DNA of 64,000 nucleotides from an uncultured Clostridia bacterium (GTDB lineage Bacteria; Bacillota; Clostridia; TANB77; CAG-508): NCBI GenBank assembly GCA_947581805.1, contig CANPVM010000003.1, positions 137,775 to 201,774 of the forward strand, read 5' to 3'. Shown piece by piece: positions 9,832 to 19,490 of this stretch (position 1 is its first letter; each line of letters starts with the position of its first letter). The notes under the pieces were generated by a model. It saw only the letters and a program-made list of their open reading frames with translations, ran no database searches and was not told where the DNA came from. The position numbers and the translations under genes were made by a program.

Positions 9832-11931
9832 TTATTTCTTCTTTGTTTTTCCTTTTGTTTTTGCTGTTTTTTTAGTTTTCGTTGTTTTACTTGAAGTTTT
9901 TTTCTTTGTTTCCACTGCAACGTTCTCCTCTGGTTCCCACTTTTCTCCTAATTTTGGTTTATTCCATGAGATATAATTGCAACTTTGAGGATTATTTTCA
10001 CAAATATAATAATTTCTCTTTCTTTTTGTTTTTCTAACTTGTACCTTTCCTCCACAAACTGGACATGCTACATCTATGGTTTCTATAATTGGCTTTGCAT
10101 TTTTACATTCTGGATATCCTGGGCAAGCTAGGAATTTTCCATATCTTCCATATTTATAAACCATCATTCTGCCACATTTTTCACATGGTACATCTGAAAC
10201 TTCTTCTTCTAATTTGACATGCTCTAATTCTTTTTCTACTTTTTCTACAGTTACTTTAAAAGGCTCATAAAACTCTCTAATAACCTGTTTCCATGCTTCT
10301 TTTCCCTCTGCTACTTCGTCAAATTCTTGTTCTATTTTAGCTGTAAATTCTACATTGATAATATCACTAAAGTTTTCTACTAATAAATTATTAACTACTT
10401 TTCCAAGTTCTGTTGGCAATAATTGTTTTTGTTCTTTCTCAACATATCTTCTTTCTAAAATAGTAGTAATAGTTGGAGAATAAGTACTTGGTCTTCCAAT
10501 TCCTTTTTCTTCTAATGCCTTTACTAAACTTGCTTCTGTATATCTTGGTGGTGGTTCTGTAAAGCTTTGTTTTGGCTCTACTTTTTGCTTTTTTAATTCT
10601 TCTTTTTCTTTTAATTCTGGCAGAGTATTTTCTTGTTCTTTTTTGTTTTCATCTTTTTTACTATCATCTGATTCTACATATAAAGTCATAAAGCCTTTGA
10701 ATCTTAGTGTTTGACCATTTGCTTTAAATAAATAGTCACTTGCCTTAATATCAACTGCTACTGTATCAAAAACAGCTGCAGCCATTTGGCTTGCAATAAA
10801 ACGATTATAAATTAGTTTATATAACTTGTATTGGTCTGATGTTAAGGAAGATTTTATTTTTTCTGGTTCTAATTCTACGTAAGTTGGTCTTATAGCTTCG
10901 TGTGCATCTTGAGCATCTTTATTAGTTTTGTAATAGCGATTTTCGTAATAGTTTTCTCCATATTCTTTAACAATATGTTTTTTTGCAGCTGCTCTTGCTT
11001 CTTCTGAGATTCTAGTAGAGTCTGTTCTCATATAAGTAATTAAACCAACTGTACCTTTTTCTTCTACTTTTACTCCTTCATATAACCCTTGTGCTACAGA
11101 CATAGTTTTCTTTAAAGTAAAACCTAATTTTCTGGAAGCTTCTTGTTGCATTGTACTTGTTGTAAATGGTGGTGCTGGCGTTCTTTTTTTCTCACTTTTT
11201 TTGATATTGTCTACAATGAACTTTGCTTTTTCAATATCTTTTAAAATAATATCTACTTCTTCCTTTGTATGAATATCTTGTTTTTTCCCATTTTTTCCAT
11301 AAAAATGTGCCTCAAATGTTTCTTTTGAAGCTCCCTGTAATAAAGAAACATAGATATTCCAATATTCTTCTGGAATAAATTTTTCGATTTCTTCTTCTCT
11401 ATCTACAATTAATTTTACTGCTACAGATTGCACTCTACCTGCTGATAAGCCCCTTTTTACTTTTTTCCAAAGTACAGGACTCATTTTGTAGCCAACAATT
11501 CTATCTAATACACGACGTGCTTGTTGTGCATCTTTTACATCTAAGTCTATTTTTCTAGGATGTTTCATTGCCTCTTGCACAGTTTCTTTGGTAATTTCAT
11601 TAAACGTAACTCTGCATATACTATCTTCTGGAATTTCTAATATATGTGCCAAATGCCAAGCAATGGCTTCTCCTTCACGGTCAGGGTCAGTTGCTAAATA
11701 CACTTGTTTTGCAGTTGAAGCTTCTTTTTTTAGAGATTTTATTAAGTCTCCTTTTCCTCTAATGTTGATATATTCTGGTTCAAAATCTCCCTCAATATTT
11801 ACTCCCATTTTAGATTTTGGAAGGTCTCTAATATGCCCCATAGATGCTACTACTTTCGTATTACCACCTAGGAACTTCTTTATAGTATTGGCTTTAGCTG
11901 GTGATTCCACAATAATCAATTTGTCTGCCAT
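9832..11931 (-). CDS. topA: DNA topoisomerase I with C-terminal zinc-ribbon repeats and Lys-rich tail
   Basis: MADKLIIVESPAKA..DPDREGEAIAWH Toprim; start ATG 11931 with RBS AAGGAGA; Cys4 ribbons near C-terminus. Confidence 0.93.
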   Translation of the reverse strand: MADKLIIVESPAKANTIKKFLGGNTKVVASMGHIRDLPKSKMGVNIEGDFEPEYINIRGKGDLIKSLKKEASTAKQVYLATDPDREGEAIAWHLAHILEIPEDSICRVTFNEITKETVQEAMKHPRKIDLDVKDAQQARRVLDRIVGYKMSPVLWKKVKRGLSAGRVQSVAVKLIVDREEEIEKFIPEEYWNIYVSLLQGASKETFEAHFYGKNGKKQDIHTKEEVDIILKDIEKAKFIVDNIKKSEKKRTPAPPFTTSTMQQEASRKLGFTLKKTMSVAQGLYEGVKVEEKGTVGLITYMRTDSTRISEEARAAAKKHIVKEYGENYYENRYYKTNKDAQDAHEAIRPTYVELEPEKIKSSLTSDQYKLYKLIYNRFIASQMAAAVFDTVAVDIKASDYLFKANGQTLRFKGFMTLYVESDDSKKDENKKEQENTLPELKEKEELKKQKVEPKQSFTEPPPRYTEASLVKALEEKGIGRPSTYSPTITTILERRYVEKEQKQLLPTELGKVVNNLLVENFSDIINVEFTAKIEQEFDEVAEGKEAWKQVIREFYEPFKVTVEKVEKELEHVKLEEEVSDVPCEKCGRMMVYKYGRYGKFLACPGYPECKNAKPIIETIDVACPVCGGKVQVRKTKRKRNYYICENNPQSCNYISWNKPKLGEKWEPEENVAVETKKKTSSKTTKTKKTAKTKGKTKKK

Positions 11932-12060
11932 AATTTTCTCCTTTTTTGTTTTATACCTATGTATTCTAAAAGATTTTTTACAATTTTGCAAGTATTTTAT
12001 GCTTTTTCTTTTATTTTTATGATAAATTTTATAAATAACGATAAGAAATGGGAAGAAATT

Positions 12061-13191
12061 TTAAATTCTTCCCATCTCTTTTTGAGTTTCTTTTATTTGC
12101 TTATATATTTTATTTTCCACATCATTTACAGCCATTTTTTCTGCGTTTTTTCCCATTTTCTCCATTACTCGCTCATAGCTAACAATATTCGTAATTTCTA
12201 AATTTAGCTTTTCATCAGTTAAATCTTTATTTAAGATAATTTTTGCTGCATTTACCTTTTCTAATACTTTTGCATTATACAGTTGATGGTCATTACTTAC
12301 ATTTGGAAGTGGTACTAGAATAGATGGTTTTCCTAAATTAGATATTTCAGTTATTGTCATTGCTCCGCTTCTTGCTACAATAATATCGGCTAAATTCATA
12401 ATTTCTTCCATATTATATATGTAAGGAACAATTTTCATGTTTTTAATATTATTTATATTTAAGTCTTCTTGTTCCATTTTTTCTTTTATTAAATCATATT
12501 GTTTTGGCCCTGTTGCCCACATAATTTGATAATCTTTATTTAATTTCTTTTTCGCAATGCCAATAATGGTTTCATTGATTGCTTGTGCTCCTTGGCTTCC
12601 TCCAAATACAAGTACAATTGGCTTTTTTTCATCAAATCCAATTTTTCTCTTTTTATCTATTTTTTCTTCTTCACTATATTTTTGTTTTGTTATTTTAATA
12701 GGCGTTCCTGTATAAACCACTTTTTTAGCATTTTTAATGCGTGGAATAGCATCTTCAAAAGAAACTAAAATGCAATCTGTTTTTTTAGCAAGCATTTTTA
12801 CTGCTTTTCCAGGGAATGCATTGCTTTCATGTAATATTGTTGGAATTTTTAATTTATGTGCTGCCATAATGGTAGCTCCACAAATATATCCACCTGTTCC
12901 GATTACAATATCTGGCTTAAATTCTTTTATAATTTTCTTTGCTTCTCCATATCCCTTTGCTGTTTTAAACATCTTTTTTATATTTTCTATAGAGATTTTT
13001 TTGCTTAAACCATACGCATCAATTGTTTTTAATTCATATCCTGCTCTTGGTACTAAGTCATTTTCTAGCCCTCGATTAGTACCAATAAAGATAATTTCTG
13101 AATCTTTTTCTTCTTCTTTTATTTTATTGGCAATGGCAATTCCAGGATTGATATGACCTCCTGTTCCTGCTGCCGCTATCATTACTTTCAT
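12061..13191 (-). CDS. murG: UDP-N-acetylglucosamine--N-acetylmuramyl-(pentapeptide) pyrophosphoryl-undecaprenol N-acetylglucosamine transferase MurG
   Basis: 376 aa; AAGTGGHINPG N-terminus and GGSQGA motif. Confidence 0.9.
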   Translation of the reverse strand: MKVMIAAAGTGGHINPGIAIANKIKEEEKDSEIIFIGTNRGLENDLVPRAGYELKTIDAYGLSKKISIENIKKMFKTAKGYGEAKKIIKEFKPDIVIGTGGYICGATIMAAHKLKIPTILHESNAFPGKAVKMLAKKTDCILVSFEDAIPRIKNAKKVVYTGTPIKITKQKYSEEEKIDKKRKIGFDEKKPIVLVFGGSQGAQAINETIIGIAKKKLNKDYQIMWATGPKQYDLIKEKMEQEDLNINNIKNMKIVPYIYNMEEIMNLADIIVARSGAMTITEISNLGKPSILVPLPNVSNDHQLYNAKVLEKVNAAKIILNKDLTDEKLNLEITNIVSYERVMEKMGKNAEKMAVNDVENKIYKQIKETQKEMGRI

Positions 13192-13258
13192 ATTGCTCTC
13201 CTTTTAAAATTGTGGCAAAAACCACAAACCTGTTTTTTCTTAAGTCCCCAAAAACAGG

Positions 13259-14416
13259 TTAAACTTTTGAACCTGCCCTTGAGATGTTTAATAAAACTCC
13301 CATACTGCATAATAGAATTAGAAGTGCTGTTCCTCCATAACTAAAGAATGGTAGTGACATTCCTGTGGCTGGCATAGATGAAGTTACAACGGCAATATTA
13401 ATAATAGCTTGAATTCCTACGAGTGATGTAATTCCTACTGCAAGCAAACTACCAAAAGAATCTGGTGCCTTCATAGCAATTAAGATTCCTCTCCAAATAA
13501 AGGCAGCAAACAAGGCAATGATAAGTGTACATCCAACAAATCCTAGTTCTTCTGCAATAATCGCAAAAATGAAATCATTGTGTGGCTCTGGTATGTATAA
13601 ATATTTCTGCTTGCTTTGCCCTAGTCCTACTCCAAATAAACCTCCTGAACCAATAGCATAAAGTCCTTGTATTACTTGCCAACCATCTCCTGTTGGGTCT
13701 TGCCATGGGTCTAAGAAAGTCGTAATTCTGTTTAAACGAAAACCTCCTTTATCTGTTAAGGTTGCAAGTAATAACATTCCCGCAACTGCAGCAGAACCTC
13801 CTGTAATTCCAATACTTAGGAAATGTTTTATTTTTGTTCCTGCCATAATCATCATAATAGAAATAATAGCAATAATAACAACAGAAGCACTTAAATGGTC
13901 TTGCAAGAAAAATAAAATACCAATTGGTGGAACTAACCATAAGAATGATTTTATACAACCTTTCCAAAAGAATGGTAAATCATTTTTATGCTCTGTTAAA
14001 TATCCTGCATAAAATACGATGAGTCCTATTTTTGCAATTTCCGATGGTTGAAAAGTACCAAATCCTAAATCTACCCAACGTTTTGCTCCATTTACACTAA
14101 CGCCAATACCTGGAATTGCAACAGATACTAAAGCAACGATAGAAATAATATACGCAATTTTATAAAAATTTTTATATATACGATAATCTATTTTTGATAT
14201 AAAGAACATTAGTACAACTCCAACTACAGCAAAAATAAATTGCTTTGTTACATAAGTGTAGCTATTGCCTTCTATCGAAAGCGAAGATGGTGCACTTGCT
14301 GAAAGTACCATAACAATTCCTAGTGACAATAGTAAAAGCACAATGATACATAAAACAAAGTCAAATGGTTTTTGCGTGCTTTGTATTTGTTGTTTCTTTT
14401 TTCCTTTTTTTTGCAC
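13259..14416 (-). CDS. ftsW: FtsW/RodA/SpoVE-family peptidoglycan glycosyltransferase (SEDS protein)
   Basis: 385 aa polytopic membrane protein, SEDS conserved regions; position between mraY and murG. Confidence 0.85.
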   Translation of the reverse strand: MQKKGKKKQQIQSTQKPFDFVLCIIVLLLLSLGIVMVLSASAPSSLSIEGNSYTYVTKQFIFAVVGVVLMFFISKIDYRIYKNFYKIAYIISIVALVSVAIPGIGVSVNGAKRWVDLGFGTFQPSEIAKIGLIVFYAGYLTEHKNDLPFFWKGCIKSFLWLVPPIGILFFLQDHLSASVVIIAIISIMMIMAGTKIKHFLSIGITGGSAAVAGMLLLATLTDKGGFRLNRITTFLDPWQDPTGDGWQVIQGLYAIGSGGLFGVGLGQSKQKYLYIPEPHNDFIFAIIAEELGFVGCTLIIALFAAFIWRGILIAMKAPDSFGSLLAVGITSLVGIQAIINIAVVTSSMPATGMSLPFFSYGGTALLILLCSMGVLLNISRAGSKV

Positions 14417-14559
14417 TTTTCTTCCTTCCTTTCCCTTCTTTTTTCTTTTTCTTCTACTTTTTTGTATTTTTAATTACTAAATAATGCTTTTAATCAAGAA
14501 GTATTATCTTAATTTATTTGCAAGAGCTGTTCACAAGCAATCAACCCAAGCATAATATT

Positions 14560-15543
14560 TTATATTGCAAACAATCCTATTATGCATACTACAAGCGTAA
14601 TAATGCTAAATACCGATACCACTTTATTTTCTTTCCAACCAGATAATTCAAAATGATGATGAAGTGGTGCCATTTTGAAAACTCGGTTTCCTGTTCTTTT
14701 GAAATGTGCTACTTGAATCATTACTGATAAGGTTTCTAAAATTGGAATAATAGCAATAATGACTAATAGTAGTGGCATTTTTAAGTATAATGCCATAGCA
14801 GCTACTGCCCCACCAAGCATTAGAGAACCAGTATCTCCCATCATTACTTTAGATGGATATAAATTAAATAATAAAAATCCTAAACATGCTCCTGATAGTG
14901 CGCTTCCAAATAAAGTTACCTCTTTGCAATCAAAAATAATAGCAATTACAGTAAGACAAGTTAAAATAATAGTTGTTACACTACTAGATAAACCATCTAT
15001 TCCATCGGTTAAGTTAATAGCATTCGTTGTTGCTAGCATAACAAAAATAGCAAATGGAATGTAAAACCAAATTGGTAAAGTAATGCTTGTTTTTATGAAT
15101 GGTATGTATATATCTGTTCCTATATGTAAAACGTTTGTTAAATAAATTGTATAACCTACTGCTACAATAAGCAAACCTACCATTTTGGCTGTTGGGCTTA
15201 AACCTTTAGTATTTTTTAATACTAATTTTTTAAAATCATCTATAAAGCCTATTAAGCCAAATCCTACAGATACTAATAATAATGGTATGATATTTTTAGC
15301 AATTGTTGGCTCTATTCTATATCTTGTATAATATAGATATAACCCTGAACATACAACTATCATGCTAATAATAATAATAATTCCACCCATCGTTGGGGTT
15401 CCTTGCTTTTTAAGATGAGACTGAGGTCCATCATCTCTTTCCATTTGTCCCACTTTTTTTCTTTTTAATATGGGAATAACGACAAAGGAAAGAATTGTCG
15501 TTAATAAAAATGATAAGAATAATACTTTTACTTGAAATTCCAT
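14560..15543 (-). CDS. mraY: Phospho-N-acetylmuramoyl-pentapeptide transferase MraY
   Basis: 327 aa; conserved MraY motifs (NLTDGIDGL, PLHHHFE). Confidence 0.92.
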   Translation of the reverse strand: MEFQVKVLFLSFLLTTILSFVVIPILKRKKVGQMERDDGPQSHLKKQGTPTMGGIIIIISMIVVCSGLYLYYTRYRIEPTIAKNIIPLLLVSVGFGLIGFIDDFKKLVLKNTKGLSPTAKMVGLLIVAVGYTIYLTNVLHIGTDIYIPFIKTSITLPIWFYIPFAIFVMLATTNAINLTDGIDGLSSSVTTIILTCLTVIAIIFDCKEVTLFGSALSGACLGFLLFNLYPSKVMMGDTGSLMLGGAVAAMALYLKMPLLLVIIAIIPILETLSVMIQVAHFKRTGNRVFKMAPLHHHFELSGWKENKVVSVFSIITLVVCIIGLFAI

Positions 15544-15559
15544 GTGTTTCTCCTTGTTT

Positions 15560-17041
15560 TTATTTCATTTGCGTTCCATTGATAATACTATTGACAATAA
15601 CTTTTTCGTCGAAAGGATATTTAATTCCGTTAATTTCTTGGTATGGTTCATGTCCTTTTCCTGCAAGTACCACAATATCCTTTTTATCTGCCATTTTAAT
15701 GGCTTCACGAATTGCTTCAATTCTATCTACTACTACAATATATTGCCCTTTTGTCTTTTTTATGCCTTCTTCTATTTGGTCTACAATTTTTTGAGGATCC
15801 TCTGTTCTTGGATTGTCTGATGTAATAATGGTAAAGTCTGCAATTCTTCCTGAAATTTCTCCCATAATAGGACGTTTTCCTGGGTCTCTATCTCCTCCAC
15901 AACCGAAGACACAAATGACTCTTCCTCTAGTATAAGATTTTACTGCATTTAAAATATTTTCTAAGCTTTCTGGTGAATGAGCATAGTCAAGCATAATAGT
16001 TAAGTCTTTTTTGTTATTTACTAATTCTGACCTTCCTGGCACGCGTACTTCTTCTAGGGCTTCTTTCATTTGTTCTGCTGTAACTCCTAATTTTTCTGCT
16101 ACACATATAGCTGCTAGTGAGTTATAAACGCTAAACCTGCCTGGAATGCATGTTTTCATTCTTTCATTTTTCATTCCAATTTTTACTTTGAAATCTACAT
16201 AGGAATTAGTAATGGTAATGTCTTTTGCAAGTACATTGCAGAAATTATCAATTCCATAAGTAGTAATATTGCACTCTGGTACTAACTTTGGTAATTTTGC
16301 TACATGATAGTCATCGGCATTAATGAATGCTGTTTTGCACATTTTGAATAATTGTACTTTAGAAGAATAATAATCTTCCATATTTGGATGTTCTTTTGGA
16401 CTAATATGGTCTTCTGAAAAATTGGTAAATACACCAATATCAAAATCACAACCTGCTACTCTATGTAGTTTTAAGCTTTGAGAAGATACTTCCATAACCA
16501 CTGTGTCACAGCCTGCTTCTACCATTTGTGCAAAAATGGATTGTAATTTATTACTTTCTGGTGTAGTTCTATCGCTATCTTCTAATTTTTTATCTCCAAT
16601 GTAGGTAGCAATGGTTCCAATTAACCCTACCTTTTTTCCTGCTTTTTCTAGAATTTTTTTAATCATAAAAGTAGTAGTAGTTTTTCCTTTGGTTCCTGTT
16701 ACTCCAATTAGCTTAAATTTTCTAGATGGATTTTGATAAAAGTTACAAGAACAAATAGCAAGTGCATATCTCGTATCTTTGGCAATAACAACCGTAATTT
16801 CTGCTGGAATTTTCTTAATTAACTCTGCTGTTACTCCTTCTTGCAAAACAACGGCTTTTGCTCCTTGCGAAATAACATTTTCTACATAGTCATGTCCATC
16901 GCTATCAAAACCTTTAATTGCAACGAATAAACCATTTTCTTTTATATTTCTTGAATCTTTATCTAAATGTGTAATTTCTACGTCTAAATTTCCTCTTACT
17001 TTTAAACCTTCAATTCCTACTAAAATTTCTTTTAATTGCAT
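15560..17041 (-). CDS. murE: UDP-N-acetylmuramoyl-L-alanyl-D-glutamate--2,6-diaminopimelate (or L-lysine) ligase MurE
   Basis: 493 aa Mur ligase; GVTGTKGKTTT P-loop; dcw context. Confidence 0.9.
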   Translation of the reverse strand: MQLKEILVGIEGLKVRGNLDVEITHLDKDSRNIKENGLFVAIKGFDSDGHDYVENVISQGAKAVVLQEGVTAELIKKIPAEITVVIAKDTRYALAICSCNFYQNPSRKFKLIGVTGTKGKTTTTFMIKKILEKAGKKVGLIGTIATYIGDKKLEDSDRTTPESNKLQSIFAQMVEAGCDTVVMEVSSQSLKLHRVAGCDFDIGVFTNFSEDHISPKEHPNMEDYYSSKVQLFKMCKTAFINADDYHVAKLPKLVPECNITTYGIDNFCNVLAKDITITNSYVDFKVKIGMKNERMKTCIPGRFSVYNSLAAICVAEKLGVTAEQMKEALEEVRVPGRSELVNNKKDLTIMLDYAHSPESLENILNAVKSYTRGRVICVFGCGGDRDPGKRPIMGEISGRIADFTIITSDNPRTEDPQKIVDQIEEGIKKTKGQYIVVVDRIEAIREAIKMADKKDIVVLAGKGHEPYQEINGIKYPFDEKVIVNSIINGTQMK

Positions 17042-17145
17042 AGGTTTCCTCCTAAATTTCTAATTTCACAGATACATTATATAACTAAAGTTTTTATTTG
17101 TAAATTATATTACTAAAAAAAATAATCATTACTGATTTGTAATGA

Positions 17146-18312
17146 TTATTTTTTTAAAATTGCTTTTGCTAGCTCTTTCATTTCTTCTTCATTTTCTTTG
17201 CTCATGGTTGTTTTTATATGAATAATAGGCTCTACTATTGTAATATCTTTCATTTGCTCTAAAATTTCTTGCATGTTTTTTGCGGCAGCTGGTGCCCAAG
17301 AACCATTTTCAATAATACCTACTATTCTATTTTGGAAATTTTTGTGTTTCAAATGTCTTAAGAATTTTTCCATAAATGGGAATAAGCCTGCATCATAAGT
17401 AGGACATGCCAAAATCATTTTATCGTAACGGAAGGCATCTTCTATAACTTCTGCCATATCTTCTCTTGCTAAGTCGGAAACAACTACCTTTTTTGCTCCT
17501 GCTTCTTTTAAAATTTTTTCTAATGTTTCCATGGCCTTTGCCGTATTTCCATGAATTGAATTATAGGCAACAAGCACTCCATCGTCTTCTGGCTCATAAC
17601 TGCTCCATAGAGCGTATTTATTAATATAGTATGATAAATTTTCTTTTAAAATTGGACCATGTAAAGGACAAATCATTTGAATATCTAAAGTAGCTGCTTT
17701 TTTTAGTAAAGTTTGTACTTGCATTCCATATTTTCCTACAATGTTAAAGTAATATCTTCTTGCTTCACAAGTCCAGTCTTCGTCTGTATCTAGCGTTCCA
17801 AATTTTCCAAAACCATCAGCTGAAAATAGTATTTTTTCACTTTGCTCATAAGTTACCATTACCTCTGGCCAATGTACCATTGGTGCCATGAAGAATTGAA
17901 GCGTATGCTTTCCTATATTTAAAGTATCTGCTTCTTTTACTAAAACTTGCTTTCCTTCTAAAGAAAAATTAAAAAATTGTGGCAACATTTTAAAGGTTAA
18001 CGCATTTCCTACTAATTTCATGTTAGGGTATTTTTCTACTAATGCCTTAATACTTGCAGAATGGTCTGGCTCTAAGTGAGAAACAACTAAATAGTCTACC
18101 TCTTTTCCCTCTAATTCTTTTTTTAAATTATGAAGCCACTCATCTGTTTTTCGCTTGTCTACTGTATCCATAACAACAATTTTTTCATCTTTTATTACAT
18201 AAGAGTTATAAGAAACGCCATTTGGAACAACATATTGACTTTCAAATAAGTCGATGGTTTTATCATCTACTCCTATGTATTTTATAGTATCTGTTACTTC
18301 TATTTTTTCCAT
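17146..18312 (-). CDS. Type A flavoprotein (FprA family; metallo-beta-lactamase + flavodoxin domains), putative O2/NO reductase
   Basis: 388 aa; H.EPDHS di-iron motif and C-terminal flavodoxin fold pattern. Confidence 0.8.
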   Translation of the reverse strand: MEKIEVTDTIKYIGVDDKTIDLFESQYVVPNGVSYNSYVIKDEKIVVMDTVDKRKTDEWLHNLKKELEGKEVDYLVVSHLEPDHSASIKALVEKYPNMKLVGNALTFKMLPQFFNFSLEGKQVLVKEADTLNIGKHTLQFFMAPMVHWPEVMVTYEQSEKILFSADGFGKFGTLDTDEDWTCEARRYYFNIVGKYGMQVQTLLKKAATLDIQMICPLHGPILKENLSYYINKYALWSSYEPEDDGVLVAYNSIHGNTAKAMETLEKILKEAGAKKVVVSDLAREDMAEVIEDAFRYDKMILACPTYDAGLFPFMEKFLRHLKHKNFQNRIVGIIENGSWAPAAAKNMQEILEQMKDITIVEPIIHIKTTMSKENEEEMKELAKAILKK

Positions 18313-18490
18313 ATCTACTAATTTTCCTTTCTATTAGTACAATTTTTAAGAAATGTAATTATTTTCTAAATCTTTTATATTTATATCATAGATTTTTATT
18401 CTTCGCAATAGAATTTATATGTCAATTTGGAGCCTTTCACAAAAAAATAACTAGAAATTAGTTTTTGCTAGTTTCTAGTTATTTTTTTAA

Positions 18491-19399
18491 TTATTTTTTC
18501 TTTTTAAGTATTTTAATTCTAATTAAACAGCTTATTGCCAATACTAGCAATACCCCAATGGTTATGAATATTGCAATATTAGATTTTCCTGTTTGTGGTA
18601 GTGTACCTGGCTTAATGTCTTCTTTATTCGTAGCGCTTTCATTAGGTTTATTATTGTTTGTTTCACCATTTTGCGTAGAACCATTACCATTTACAATTTC
18701 ATTTTCAGTTTGATTTTCTGTTTCCCCTTGGCTTGCATTTCCACTTTGGCTTCCGTTTCCACTTTGGTTTCCAGCTCCACCTTGATTTTCACTTCCACCT
18801 TGGCTTCCGTTTCCACTTTGGTTTCCAGTTCCACCTTGACTTCCGCTTCCACCTTGGTTTTCGTTTCCACTTTGGCTTCCGTTTCCGCCTTGACTTTCTT
18901 CCTCTTTAGCTGTAATTGTTATTGTAACAAGACTATCAGCGGCAGTGATATCAAATGCTGCATTGGAACCATCAAAATCAGTTAATTTAATGGTGGTTTG
19001 ACCTAGTTTTGCATCATCTTTTACTTTGAAAGTAATGCTTCCAATACTTTGTGAGGTTTTTACAACTTCACCATCTTGTGTAATTCCTTCTATATAGGCA
19101 TCTTGATAAAGTGGTGTTTCCCAATTATTTGCGCCGTTTGCTTTAACATATTCGAAAACGGAAGAATCAAAATCAAGATGTGCAGTATAGGCACCAATTC
19201 CTTTTTCTCCACTTTCAATGGCAATATCACTTAATGAAATGGTAACGATAACATTTTCTCCTCTTTTTACGGTAGAATGATTTGCACTTAAAGATGTTTT
19301 AAAGCTATCAGTACTTGCATATACATTGGTTGTTAATACAAATATTATTGAAATTAGTATAATACCAATTATGTTTTTAGCCTTTATCTTATTTTTCAT
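18491..19399 (-). CDS. LPXTG-anchored cell-wall protein with cohesin-like domain and Gly/Ser/Asn/Gln-rich repeat stalk
   Basis: N-terminal signal peptide; ~140-aa beta-sandwich region matching cohesin pattern; C-terminal LPQTG + hydrophobic helix + KKKK tail. Confidence 0.7.
   Translation of the reverse strand: MKNKIKAKNIIGIILISIIFVLTTNVYASTDSFKTSLSANHSTVKRGENVIVTISLSDIAIESGEKGIGAYTAHLDFDSSVFEYVKANGANNWETPLYQDAYIEGITQDGEVVKTSQSIGSITFKVKDDAKLGQTTIKLTDFDGSNAAFDITAADSLVTITITAKEEESQGGNGSQSGNENQGGSGSQGGTGNQSGNGSQGGSENQGGAGNQSGNGSQSGNASQGETENQTENEIVNGNGSTQNGETNNNKPNESATNKEDIKPGTLPQTGKSNIAIFITIGVLLVLAISCLIRIKILKKKK
18720..18900. repeat. Imperfect 24/48-bp tandem repeats encoding GNQSGNGSQGG(S/T)xNQGG linker
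   Basis: Direct inspection (ggcttccgtttccactttggtttccag.tccaccttga units). Confidence 0.8.
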
Positions 19400-19490
19400 A
19401 TTCTGTTTCTCCTTAATTTCTATTATTTATATCGCATTTCTTAATAATATTACTAGAGCTATATTATTAACTATTACGTCTTTAATAAAA

